Positions 34,414 through 45,693 of a stretch of DNA of 64,000 nucleotides are shown here, one piece after another. This DNA is from Histomonas meleagridis 2922-C6/04-290x (Eukaryota; Protista; Parabasalia). Position 1 is the stretch's first letter; every line of letters begins with the position of its first letter. The position numbers and the translations under genes are program-made. The notes below the pieces were generated by a model. That model had not been told where the DNA came from and ran no database searches. It saw only the letters and a program-made list of their open reading frames with translations. Location: contig JAANOX010000087.1 of NCBI GenBank assembly GCA_020184695.1, positions 62,001 to 126,000 on the forward strand. Reading direction: 5' to 3'.

Positions 34414-35561
34414 ATGTCAAGCACCACTTACGAATTAAGTATATTTTAATTCTTACATCAGAGGTTATTCTCCTCGGAGATTCAAAGACTGGTAAAAGCT
34501 GCATTTTAAAACGTTTTACAGAAAACGTTTTTGAGGATAAATATTTTGCTACAATTGGAATTGATGGCTATATCAAGAAAATTGAGATAGAAGGAACGAC
34601 TGTAAATTTGAATGTATTTGATATTTCTGGAGATGAAAAATTCAGATTATTGATTAAAAATTTAGCCCGCGGACGTGATGGCATTATCTTTGTATACGAT
34701 GTCACCAACATGGAATCATTTCACAATTTAGATGGATGGATGGAAGAAATTGATGATTTAGCTTCAAGAGGTATACTTCTTGTTGGAAATAAGGTTGATC
34801 TTCAAGACAAGCGTGTTGTTACCACCGAAGAAGGGCAAGAATTCGCTGATAAGCATGAGTTTTCTTTCATTGAAACATCTGCTAAAGATGGTTATAACGT
34901 TAAAGATGCATTCCAAATTATAGCAGAAACTATTATGATGAAACCAAAACACGCGGAAATGTTGCCAACACCAAGAGCTATCTCACCAGGTGATGGTGAA
35001 TGGTTCAACAATTTAGTTATAGATTTTGAAAGTGAATCATTATGTGTTTCCCTCGTTAAATCCCAATTCCAAACGTTTGATTTTGAATCAAACGAAAGTG
35101 ATACAAATTTAAGTGGAAAACAAATTGATCAAAATGTTATGGAATATGTTATCAAGAAAACGCATAATGAAAACATAAAGCTTAATACCAAAGAGGCGTA
35201 CACATTTATGAAATGTTGTGAAGAAGCAAAGTTCGAACTTTTAGAAATGCAAAATACGAAAATATTTATAGGGAAAAAACAATATGTATTAACGAGAGAC
35301 GAATTTATACGAATTAACAAAGATTTGTTTGGTGAAATTATAAAATTGATTGGAACAACACTTGACAAAGCGCATATGTCGAGAAAACATGTCGATCACA
35401 TAATACTTGTTGGGAAGTGCTGGAATATCCCAAATGCTAAGGAAATGATCAAAGATTATTTTGGTAAAGAACCTATAGTTGAGAACAATAAACAAAATAT
35501 CGTTGCAGTCGGGGCTTTGATGAAGATCGCTCCTCAAAAAGAACAATGTATACTTCTATAG
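34414..35561 (+). CDS. Rab-like GTPase fused to a degenerate Hsp70-NBD-like C-terminal segment, ending in CaaX (CILL); one 23-nt intron
   Basis: ATG 34414, with exon 1 joined over intron 34439-34461 to give MSSTTYELKVILLGDSKTGKS. Also DISGDEKF, NKVD and ETSAK. The C-terminus EEAKFEL...LTRDEF...VDHIILVG...IKDYFGKEP...VAVGAL matches the Hsp70 ATPase C-lobe pattern. Confidence 0.85.
34439..34461 (+). other. Canonical short spliceosomal intron (23 nt, GTATAT...CTTACATCAG)
   Basis: GT...AG ends. Removal joins an upstream ATG in frame and restores the Rab beta-1 motif ELKVILLG. Short ~25-nt introns are known in Trichomonas Rab genes. Confidence 0.85.
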
Positions 35562-36811
35562 TAAGATTTTTAAAACGATAATAATATAATTTATGAACAT
35601 ATTGAGAATTTTCAAACAAATCAAAGTAATGCTCCCACATATGGATTTTTGCCACTTTGAGCCTCAATTATTTGTATGTATTGAATTGTAAATCCTATGA
35701 ATAACATTATTCATAAATTCAACTTTATCATTCAAAAATTTAACATATCGGCATATTACAACAGCCGTTAAACGACCGTTTTTTCAGTGATCGTTGTGAC
35801 GAAATTTGTGAAAACTGCTCGTCTTATGGTTAGAACAAATATCTTAACTTATCGATTTATTGATTTCAGGAAAATAAAAAAATTCTCAACAATCTTTTAT
35901 CAGTCAAGACATTATTTCGTGTTCCTAGCCTTTAATGCTTGTGTTCAATTTATATACATATTCAATTTTTATCGGGCTCTTTCATAGATCTAAAGGATTT
36001 GAATATGAGATGAGAACGATTATGTAAACTATACATTGCATTCAATGAATGAAATGACACAAAAGTGTTTTCTTGCGAACGATGTATTCTTCTTTCTTTT
36101 ATTTTTTAACAGTATTTTAATACAATTTAATTATGGAACCTTCTGTCACTTTTTATTAGAAAATATTGAGTTTCAGCTTTGTGAACATCTTCCGATCGCA
36201 AAAACTATAAAACATGCATCAGCAAAAGTTTAACCAATGAAATAACTAAAAGGCGAAGCGGTTGAAGCTCTCTGTATCGTTTTTGACTGATTTATCAATA
36301 AGTTTCTCAAGTTTTCTCACGAATGTGTTATTTCTTTTTGGCTTTCCCCATGCATTTCTTTCGCTCATTACAAATCTCTCCACAAAATTCAGGTTTAAAT
36401 ATTTTTGATGATCAATTATCTACTCCTCAAACTTTCAAACATTACACTTGCCTTACTTCGAAATCCAAAGAGGACATATACTTTACATCCTCATCCCATG
36501 AAAAAGCGAATGTATCCATTAAAGTAACAAATTTTATTATTCTCAAAGATAATGAATCCTATCCATTTAACATCAGTGCAGAAAAATGTCATTGGCATTT
36601 CCCTTTATTAGAATTACCAATTTCATATGTTAAACATTGTTTCAAATTCTTTTCTTTAGTACTTAATCATTTTTCATTAAAAGCACATTTAGCATTTTCA
36701 ATGAATAATATTTTCATAAAGAAAATGTTCAAATTAATTAAAGTTATTCAAGTTCTGATGTATAACATTTTTATTTTGGGATTTTTATTATTTTTTGAAA
36801 TTAAACTTTTA

Positions 36812-38005
36812 ATGAACAAATTGAAAACATGCGAAAAGAAAAAACAAAAAAATATTTTAATTTTTTTTATATTTTTCATAAATTCTTTTCAAATATTATA
36901 TGATAATAACTCAACATTAATAATAACAAATTTAAATGATTTTGAACAAATTGATCAATATAAACACATCACGAAATTTATAAACATTAGTGAAGGAATT
37001 TATTCGATTCCAGGTGGTGCATTTTCAGGATGGCCATTAGTTCTTTCAGTTAATTTTGGTAATTCTATATCATATATTGATGGTTCTGTGTTTTCGTCAT
37101 GTTCTAATTTAAAAAGGATTATATTTGGGGGAAATGTTACAAGAATTGGTGGTTCATCATTTTCATTGTGTTCATCCATCGACAGCATTACAATTCCAAA
37201 TTCAGTCACTTCAATTGGTGTTTCAGCATTTTCATCATGTTTTAATTTAAAAATATTAACACTTGGGTCTGGAATAAGAGAAATTGGAAGTTCAGCATTT
37301 GGTAATTGTAATTCACTTGAATGCATTTATTATTATGGATATACAGAACCAAGTATTGGAGAAAGTGCATTTTATAATGTTACAGCAAGTGTTATCACAT
37401 ATCCAACATACGTAGGAAGTAAATTTGGGAATTTAGGTGTTTACAAAGACAACGCAGAAGGAAACTGCATCCCGATTGCAACAATTTCATTTTCTTCATC
37501 ACACACATTCAGTCGAAGTAATACATTCACTGAATCATATCAAAGTGATTTAACATTTTCATTTTCATATACGTTAGCATATACATTGACAATTACAAAT
37601 TCATTTACTTATTCTGAAACGCAAACAAGATCACTTTCATTGTCCATAATTAATTCTACATTTTCTTATGTTGAAACAGAATTTATTTATTATGATTACA
37701 CAGTTATTATGTATTCGACATATTATAATTATTATTCAAATTTCATTACAATGTTTCACACGAACATTTTACAAACAAATGGACTTACAACTAATGCAAT
37801 GATTGGAATTATTTGCGGGGCAATTGCATTTGTGTTAATAATTGTTGGAATTGTTATATTCTTAATAAAAAGTAATAACAAAAAAGTAAAATCGACATCG
37901 AAATTACAATTTAAGGATACAACTACATCAAGTACAAAACAAATGGAGGAAGTGAATACTTTAGTTGAAGATATTGTTCAAGAAGATGAAGACAATTGGC
38001 TATAA
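36812..38005 (+). CDS. BspA-like (TpLRR) type I surface protein, copy 1
   Basis: Repeats xIxIPNSVTSIGxxAFxxC, S/T-rich stalk, TM helix and acidic tail ending EDEDNWL. The ORF-track extension to 36323 is probably non-coding, and the start codon is uncertain. Confidence 0.88.
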   Translation: MNKLKTCEKKKQKNILIFFIFFINSFQILYDNNSTLIITNLNDFEQIDQYKHITKFINISEGIYSIPGGAFSGWPLVLSVNFGNSISYIDGSVFSSCSNLKRIIFGGNVTRIGGSSFSLCSSIDSITIPNSVTSIGVSAFSSCFNLKILTLGSGIREIGSSAFGNCNSLECIYYYGYTEPSIGESAFYNVTASVITYPTYVGSKFGNLGVYKDNAEGNCIPIATISFSSSHTFSRSNTFTESYQSDLTFSFSYTLAYTLTITNSFTYSETQTRSLSLSIINSTFSYVETEFIYYDYTVIMYSTYYNYYSNFITMFHTNILQTNGLTTNAMIGIICGAIAFVLIIVGIVIFLIKSNNKKVKSTSKLQFKDTTTSSTKQMEEVNTLVEDIVQEDEDNWL

Positions 38006-39284
38006 TTTGATGTAAAATAAAATATATTTTTTATTTGATTTATCGTAATATAAAAAAATATGAAATGATTCGTAATGAGAAATGATAATATTTGAAATGT
38101 TAATCGATTAACAATAATTTGTTTATATATATTGTTTTGAGGTAAAAAATGTGATTATATTAAAGCAGACACTTTTCATTGACTAAATGATTTATAGTTT
38201 GTAATAGAAATTTAAATTTAAGTACTCTTTTTGTATCATTGGTTATTATTTAATTATCAATTTTTTTAAATATAACAATAATTATAATTATTAATATTAT
38301 GATTTGCTGATAATATTTTTAGATGCTTGTTGAAATTTTCAACTTGAAACACATATGATTAATTATGCACAAATATTTAAAGTTTTCTTTTTACATAAAT
38401 GTTTAAACCTTTTTGAAGTTTAATATACAAGCAAGTAGATTCATCATTTATTTGATATAAGCAAGATGAAGAATTATATTTCAAAGCGATATAGAACAAC
38501 GCACAAAACTCATTCAGTTTCTAAATAAATTCATAAACAAAAAAGTTGCTTCATTGCAATGGTTGCTTGAGAACACAAAGTATATTCATAATATTATATA
38601 AAAGTGCGTTTATCACCTTGTTGTTCCCATGTTATCATTGTTGTTTTCAAACATTAAGCGAAAGATTTATAGGCAAATAGAAAAATTTCAAGAAAGTAAC
38701 AAACTTTTTATCATTTAAATGTGAGATTTTCAAGTTTTGTATTAACCAATGTGACTAAGGTCTTCAGCTATATTTCAAATTGAAACATGAAAGCTACTCA
38801 ATTCCTGCTCATTTTGTACATCTTGAAATTATTCAGAACTCAAATGAAGCTTCTAGATTCATTTTTCAAATACACAAAATTTTTATATATAAAGGACAGA
38901 AATAAAGAGGTATTTGCCATCTACGCAATGATAAGGTTCCAATTTTTGAAATAATTAACAATAATTTTTATTAATTTTATGCATTATTTCTACAGATGTC
39001 ACTAATTGCAATTTAAATGTAAAACCCATCTCCGACAATATATGTACGATTCCGTCGAACCATGTTTTAGTATTTAAACAAAAACTTTTTAGAATCAGAT
39101 CTCACAATTTCTCAAAAAAATCATTTAAAATCATTACATTTGATGAAGGTAACCTTCCTCTACAAACCTTGGATAAATATTATAATTACATTGGGAGTTT
39201 TTATTTTCTTCATTGGTGCAAAATATTTTGAATAGTTTCTTCGGAAAAAAATCGATTTTTGTTCAGGGCTTAGGTTGAAAATCA

Positions 39285-39850
39285 AAGGAAGCAAAGCCAA
39301 AAATGCTTTTGCTGTTGCTCTATTTTTCATGAATTCTTTTCAAATATTTTTTGATGATTGAAATTTTACACTTTTAATAGGTAATTCATATGAATTCATT
39401 TGCAAAATCAGTTACATATATTCATTTTTGTAACACTGTAAATCATATCGGAAATTCAGTATTTTTATCATGCTCATATTTTGGAGGAAATGTTACAACA
39501 ATTCGTAATTCAGCATTTTCATTTTGTCCATCACTAATAAATGGTACACTTCCAAATTCGGTTCAAACCATTGAGATTCGTCGTTTTCTAATTGTTATAA
39601 TTTAACGATATTAACACTTGGAACATAACTAAAAGAAGCCAGCGACACCGAATGACGTAACCTTTTATTATTTTGGCAATTCAGAACCGTATATTGTCAT
39701 CAGTTATTACATATTCAACAATATTTGGACATTTCCAGTGAATAATGAATATGCTGTGGTGCGTGTTCACCAATTTCAACACATTCATTTACAAAATCGA
39801 ATACATTTTCAATTTCTAATTCATTTACACGACAACGCACAGTCACAAAA
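39285..39850 (+). pseudogene. Decayed BspA-like paralog
   Basis: NSFQIFFDD*, NHIGNSVFLSCSYFGGNVTTIRNSAFSFC and LPNSVQTI fragments match the flanking BspA copies, with stops and frameshifts. Confidence 0.75.
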
Positions 39851-40221
39851 TTTAATACTTTTTATGAGCTGAAGTATTTTTTCTTCTCTTTGTTTTCTAT
39901 AATATTAATTGACATTCTTCACATTATTATATTAAAAGCATTATTAAAGAATTAGACTAATTTTTAGTTATTCAAAAATATATTTCGAAATTTATGGAAT
40001 CCCATCAAAAGCTAAAGAGAATAACTTTACAAAGCGAAGTATTGCTCCTGACCAAAACGATCGATATCGTCCACACAATAGTCGTCATTAAGGTAATAAA
40101 CTCAATAAAATGTTTTTAGCAAAACGCGATTTATAAAGACAAAGAACCAATTCTAAACAATACCTAAATTTGGCGAGCGAGTCTTGCAGTTTCGTAGCAA
40201 CGCTTTTCGAAATCATCTTTA

Positions 40222-40548
40222 TCAACAAACACCCTTGTATGTTTTGCTGTTCCCACAATCCCCTTTTTCGTCCGATGCTTCAATTTCAAAATGAATACCA
40301 TCTTTATCAATATCAACAATTCTTGATATAACAGAAACATTAGAGCCTAACCTTGAAGGTCTTTGATAAAACAATTTCATTTTTGCGCTTATTGATGTTT
40401 GTCCACTAATAAGGCATGCAATCTCTACTGCTTTGCATGATGCTTCCTCCATTAACGATGAAAGCACAGCAGTTGATAATAACTTAAAACATGTTTACCA
40501 CCAACAAAGACTTATCATTACGACCACCAGACTCAGTTTTATCGCGTG
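40222..40548 (-). pseudogene. FlK-like hotdog-fold thioesterase relic
   Basis: LSTAVLSSLMEEASCKAV...GQTS...LGSNVSVISRIVDIDK...FEIEASDEKG resembles the FlK family. The N-terminus is broken by frameshifts and a stop. Confidence 0.5.
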
Positions 40549-40761
40549 CATTCATTATATTATTTAAAAGTGACTTTATAATCATTTAAAGCGCCACCTT
40601 TTGTAGGCGCCTTTAATTATTGAAATAAAATTTCAGGTTAAATTGAAAAACCTCAAAAAAAACAACAACAAATTTCTTATATGTTAACCGTATGATTTTT
40701 AACTTTTGTATTAGCCGATGTGTATTTGGTTAAGGCCTTCGACTATATCAGGTCTTGAATC

Positions 40762-42567
40762 ATGAGAATTCTTCATTTGCTGCTCGTTTCGTCCATTACA
40801 AAGCAATTTAGTAACAGTATTATACCAGAAAGCCCATTCCTTACGACTATAAAAATATCAAATCGAAAAAGAGCCTTTGCAAAGAAGGACTTTGCGCATG
40901 GGCACAGTGCAGAAGATCCATTCGTTGAGATTCATAACCAGGATTTTTCGATATATTTAACAATAAATTCTATTTTCTTTAAAACCAGTTTATTTCCAGA
41001 TTTCTTGGCTCGTACAGAGAACACATTAGTTGTGCTTCAAATATTTAATGACAAATTAAAATTATCAGTATCATATTTTACAATTACCCAAAATAAATCC
41101 TTTATAGCCAGTATGCTGACTGAAGGTAATACATCAATGCAAACCATGAAAAGATGTTATGAGAATCTATCTTTGACCCAGAGTAAATTTCTTTGTTTTT
41201 CATTGATGCAAAACGATAAAAAAGACCGACCACTTAAATTCAATGCTTTTACTCGTTTAACCGCCGTTTTTTCAATGATATTAGTGGTTTATGTCAATAT
41301 TTTTCAGAAAAAACCACTTTTTCTACATAAATTTTTGTTGACCAATTACAAATTGAAAACATGCGAAAAGAAAAAACAAAAAAATATTTTAATTTTTGTT
41401 ATATTTTTCATAAATTCTTTTCAAATATTATATGATAATAACTCAACATTAATAATAACAAATTTAAATGATTTTGAACAAATTGATCAATATAAACACA
41501 TCACGAAATTTGTAAACATTAGTGAAGGAATTTATTCGATTCCAGGTGGTGCATTTTCAGGATGGCCATTAGTTCTTTCAGTTAATTTTGGTAATTCTAT
41601 ATCATATATTGGTAGTTCTGTGTTTTCGTCATGTTCTAATTTAAAAAGGATTATATTTGGGGGAAATGTTACAAGAATTGGTGGTTCATCATTTTCATTG
41701 TGTTCATCCATCGACAGCATTACAATTCCAAATTCAGTCACTTCAATTGGTGTTTCAGCATTTTCATCATGTTTTAATTTAAAAATATTAACACTTGGGT
41801 CTGGAATAAGAGAAATTGGAAGTTCAGCATTTGGTAATTGTAATTCACTTGAATGCATTTATTATTATGGATATACAGAACCAAGTATTGGAGAAAGTGC
41901 ATTTTATAATGTTACAGCAAGTGTTATCACATATCCAACATACGTAGGAAGTAAATTTGGGAATTTAGGTGTTTACAAAGACAACGCAGAAGGAAACTGC
42001 ATCCCGATTGCAACAATTTCATTTTCTTCATCACACACATTCAGTCGAAGTAATACATTCACTGAATCATATCAAAGTGATTTAACATTTTCATTTTCAT
42101 ATACGTTAGCATATACATTGACAATTACAAATTCATTTACTTATTCTGAAATGCAAACGAAATCACTATTACTATTTACAATTAATTCGTCGTATATTTA
42201 CATCGAAACAGAATTTATTTATTATGATTACACAGTTATTATTTATTCGACATATTATATTTATTATTCGAACTTCTTTACATTTATTTATAACAACGAA
42301 TTTCAAACAAATGACAACAAAACAACAATTATCATAATAATTGTTTGTGTTATTGTTATTGTTATTATTATAATTTCATTACTAATTATATTATTGATTC
42401 GAATTAAAAATAAAAAAGAAGAAATTGTTGAAAATGAAATTTCAGAACAACAAAATGATAATAACCAAACAACAAACACATTCACAACAGGAATATCTAT
42501 CTCAAATATTGAAGAAGATCCATTTGCAGATGACTTCAAAGAAGACAAATTCATTGTGCAAATGTAA
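40762..42567 (+). CDS. BspA-like surface protein, copy 2 (true start probably near 41276-41361)
   Basis: Ectodomain nearly identical to copy 1. Different TM and tail ending EEDPFADDFKEDKFIVQM. Confidence 0.85.
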   Translation: MRILHLLLVSSITKQFSNSIIPESPFLTTIKISNRKRAFAKKDFAHGHSAEDPFVEIHNQDFSIYLTINSIFFKTSLFPDFLARTENTLVVLQIFNDKLKLSVSYFTITQNKSFIASMLTEGNTSMQTMKRCYENLSLTQSKFLCFSLMQNDKKDRPLKFNAFTRLTAVFSMILVVYVNIFQKKPLFLHKFLLTNYKLKTCEKKKQKNILIFVIFFINSFQILYDNNSTLIITNLNDFEQIDQYKHITKFVNISEGIYSIPGGAFSGWPLVLSVNFGNSISYIGSSVFSSCSNLKRIIFGGNVTRIGGSSFSLCSSIDSITIPNSVTSIGVSAFSSCFNLKILTLGSGIREIGSSAFGNCNSLECIYYYGYTEPSIGESAFYNVTASVITYPTYVGSKFGNLGVYKDNAEGNCIPIATISFSSSHTFSRSNTFTESYQSDLTFSFSYTLAYTLTITNSFTYSEMQTKSLLLFTINSSYIYIETEFIYYDYTVIIYSTYYIYYSNFFTFIYNNEFQTNDNKTTIIIIIVCVIVIVIIIISLLIILLIRIKNKKEEIVENEISEQQNDNNQTTNTFTTGISISNIEEDPFADDFKEDKFIVQM

Positions 42568-42843
42568 ATAAGATAAATATTTAATAATATATAGTATGTT
42601 CTAAAGTAAATCATTTTTAGTTTTGTGTTTTTTGTTTTTAAAAAACTTCTGAAATCAGATGGTGAGTACCAACAAGCAAAAATTATGAAATCATAAGTGA
42701 AATGTTTATTTTTTCAGTCAAAACCGATCAAGCTGCAAAACGATTTGACTTATTTTGACAATAATTTGCCATAAACTGTTATTAGGGGCGCCCTGTAAAT
42801 TTCATTTGAAGTAAACTATATAAATCGGAGTTTGTAAATTTAT

Positions 42844-43999
42844 ATAGAGTGGTTCCGACTAATTATCCTCACAAAAAAATGAGAAGTGAAGTTAAGAATT
42901 TTACTCAACGTTCATTTTTGTTTTTTTTTATTGACTCTGGAGAGCGATCAGGAAATATTTCATTAATTTATTGAGATCACCACCAAAGTCGCTGTTTAAA
43001 TCTTTGAGTTTTTTTCTTCTTTTTTAGTCCAAGCACAATATTTTCCAGATTGATCCATTTCTTGTTTTCGTCGTATATTAGATTGAGAAAATGGATTCAA
43101 CGTGATGTCTTTTGTGCTGCATATAGCATCATTATTATTATTTTGTTCTTTTCCAAAAATTACCCTAATTTCATCCATTAAGGATTCAAAAAGTGGATCC
43201 TTCACATTGAAATATATAAACCTTACAATTGAATATAATAAACCATTTAAATTTTCATCATAAAAAGTGACAATATATTTCTTTTTCAACAAAAAACACA
43301 TTATTTAAATCATAAATAAAAAAAAATTGACCCTCTTTTTCCCCTTCATTTTCAAATATGATTATAATTATGATTTGATTAAAATGATATCAAAGTTTTA
43401 TTAAGATTCTTCTGCTGAGTTTTGAGAAAAAGTTGTTAGAATATGCATATGAAACATGTTTTCTTCTACCAACGATTATTTTTTATACAAAAAGTTTATA
43501 ATCGTAAAATATTTGAATAATAAATTACGGTTTTCAAACCGTCGTGCAAAATACTACTTTTTCTCGAAATCCAGCAGAAGAAATCTCTAAATATTCAAAA
43601 CTAATAAAATATAGAATATGTAAATTATTATATAAAATTTTTAAAAGAAAAAAAAGGGTGAGTTTCTCGAGTCTTGATGATCTTTCGGCATGTAAATTTT
43701 CATAATAACTGTACTTTTTCTCAAAATCAATAATATTTATTTTAGAAAAAACCTAATAGCATACTTAGCAATATTATTGTGCATATTAATATGTATAAAT
43801 CATCAAAAAATTATAAAATAATTTTTCGATCAAATTTCGAAATATTCAATTTATATAAATAAAAGTCATATCCTCAAATAATTCGAATCTAGCCTAATAA
43901 TTTTTACTATAAAATTTTTTAATATTTTAAGTGTATATACTTGAAAAAGTAATTACAAATTTTCTGAAGGGACATCCCCGAGAGTCGGAACCACTCTAT
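42844..43999. mobile_element. Candidate non-autonomous DNA transposon bounded by 17-bp inverted repeats
   Basis: ATAGAGTGGTTCCGACT at 42844-42860 is the exact reverse complement of AGTCGGAACCACTCTAT at 43983-43999. The core GAGTGG...CCACTC is flanked by TA on both sides. No transposase seen. Confidence 0.45.
42901..43301 (-). pseudogene. Myb/SANT-like domain protein with a 1-nt frameshift
   Basis: Adding one A to the A7 run (43009-43015) gives WTKKEEKKLKDLNSDFGGDLNKLMKYFPDRSPESIKK, a Myb-repeat pattern. Confidence 0.55.
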
Positions 44000-45693
44000 T
44001 TATATATATGGTCAGTTGGTTGTAACATCAGAACATGGGAAACATTACAATATATAAAAAATTCAATATTCAATTTAAACAAAGAAAATATCATTCAATC
44101 TTCAAAATTAATTATAAGTAAATTTGATGATATTCATCCATTCTCTTTTAATTTAATTATTGTTAGGATTACATATGCAATTATATTCATACGAATGAAA
44201 AATATTGATTTATATTTGGATTTTCTCAAAGAAATAAAAAAACTAGAAATGAACATTCATCAAGAAATTGATATTTTTGATATTTTGGACATTTTCTTGT
44301 TGGAGAAAATACACAAGAATCATATTATCTTCCTGCCAAAATGATTGAAGATAATTTACTTGATAAAAAAATCATTAAAAATATAAAACACTCAATTACT
44401 TTTAAAGGATATTTTATACAATACATGCCAAATGAAACAATTAAAGAATTAGGGGATTATAAATTTACTGAATATATTCAAAAAAATTATGAAGAGCTTA
44501 AAAAGAATGATTGGGAGCTTCATAAGAAATTAATTAAAGAAGGAGCTAATCCAAATGAAATTGCAAAAATAATTCGAAATGATGAAATAGGAAAACTTCA
44601 AGAAATATCATCACAAAATAATTTTAATTTTAATCAAACAATTCCAAAATCAATTTATGAAAGATGTTCATTTATTAATAAAGAAAATGTTACACTAATT
44701 GATTATGCAGCATTTTTTGGATCAATTAAATGTTTTAAATTTTTACTTTTAAATAAATCTAATATCGTAAGTACAGGCAAATATGCAATTGCAGGTGGAA
44801 ATGTAGAAATCATTCATTTGTGTGAACAAAATCATTCATCATTTGAAGATGCATATGAAGCAGCAATTGAATTTCATCGAAATGATATCTTTAAATATAT
44901 TTATGAGAATAATTTAGAAAAAATACAATCAAAGCCAAAAATGTCTGAAGATACAAATGATTTGATAGGTCTTTGTGTTCAAAAAGATAATTATGATATT
45001 TTAGCATTTTTGGAAGAAAAAGGAATTAATGTTAATGCTGATAATATAAATGAATCAGCAATAAATGGAAATTTATATCTTGTTAAATGTTTCCTTCAAA
45101 ATAATCAAATTCCAAAAAATATTTTGCCATTTGCTTCAGAATCAGGAAATGTTGAACTTGTGAAATATATTTTAGATAAAGAAGGAATTGATATTAATGC
45201 AAAAAATATTCATTTGAATAATTTGGAATATGTTTTAATAATTTTATATATGTTTTAATAATTTGGAATATGTTTTAATAATTTGAAATATGTTTTAATA
45301 ATTTGGAATATGTTTTAATAATTTGAAACAGCACTTCATATGGCAGTTAAAAATAATAATATAGAAATAGTAAAATTGCTTTTAAATAAAGAAGGAATTG
45401 ATGTTAATGCAAAAACTATTCATTTGAATAATTTTATATATGTTTTAATAATTTGGAATATGTTTTAATAATTTGAAACAGCACTTCATATAGCAGTTAA
45501 AAATAATAATATAGAAATAGTAAAATTACTTTTAGATAAAGGAATTGATGTTAATGCAAAAACTATTCATTTGAATAATTTAAAATATGTTTTAATAATT
45601 TGGAATATGTTTTAATAATATTTGACTGCAATTCAAATTGCTCAACAAAACGGTAATAAAGAAATTGTAAATTTACTTCATAAAAAATTATAA
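43931..45693 (+). CDS. DUF3447-type + ankyrin gene with a 1-nt frameshift near 44305, no clear ATG, and three spacer blocks
   Basis: ORFs 43931..44344 and 44341..45258 join by adding one A (EKNTQESYYL, like paralogs). Blocks at 45208-45327, 45418-45477 and 45565-45624. Stop at 45691-45693. Could be a pseudogene or an assembly indel. Confidence 0.7.

Noticed and set aside
36323-36811. Long N-terminal extensions of the BspA ORFs (also 40762-41275)
   Set aside because: Unrelated between the two near-identical copies and low-complexity AT-rich. Probably chance open frames.
37000-37326. Antisense 108-aa ORFs at 37000 and 41532
   Set aside because: Reverse-strand shadow of the LRR codon pattern.
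44295-44315. Frameshift in the DUF3447 gene as another 17-nt spacer
   Set aside because: Alignment to paralogs needs only one extra A, with no 17-nt surplus. Likely a homopolymer indel.
45208-45327. CRISPR-like or ordinary minisatellite repeat
   Set aside because: No unique spacers or cas genes, and the context is eukaryotic. The 20-nt unit is explained as spacer + codon.
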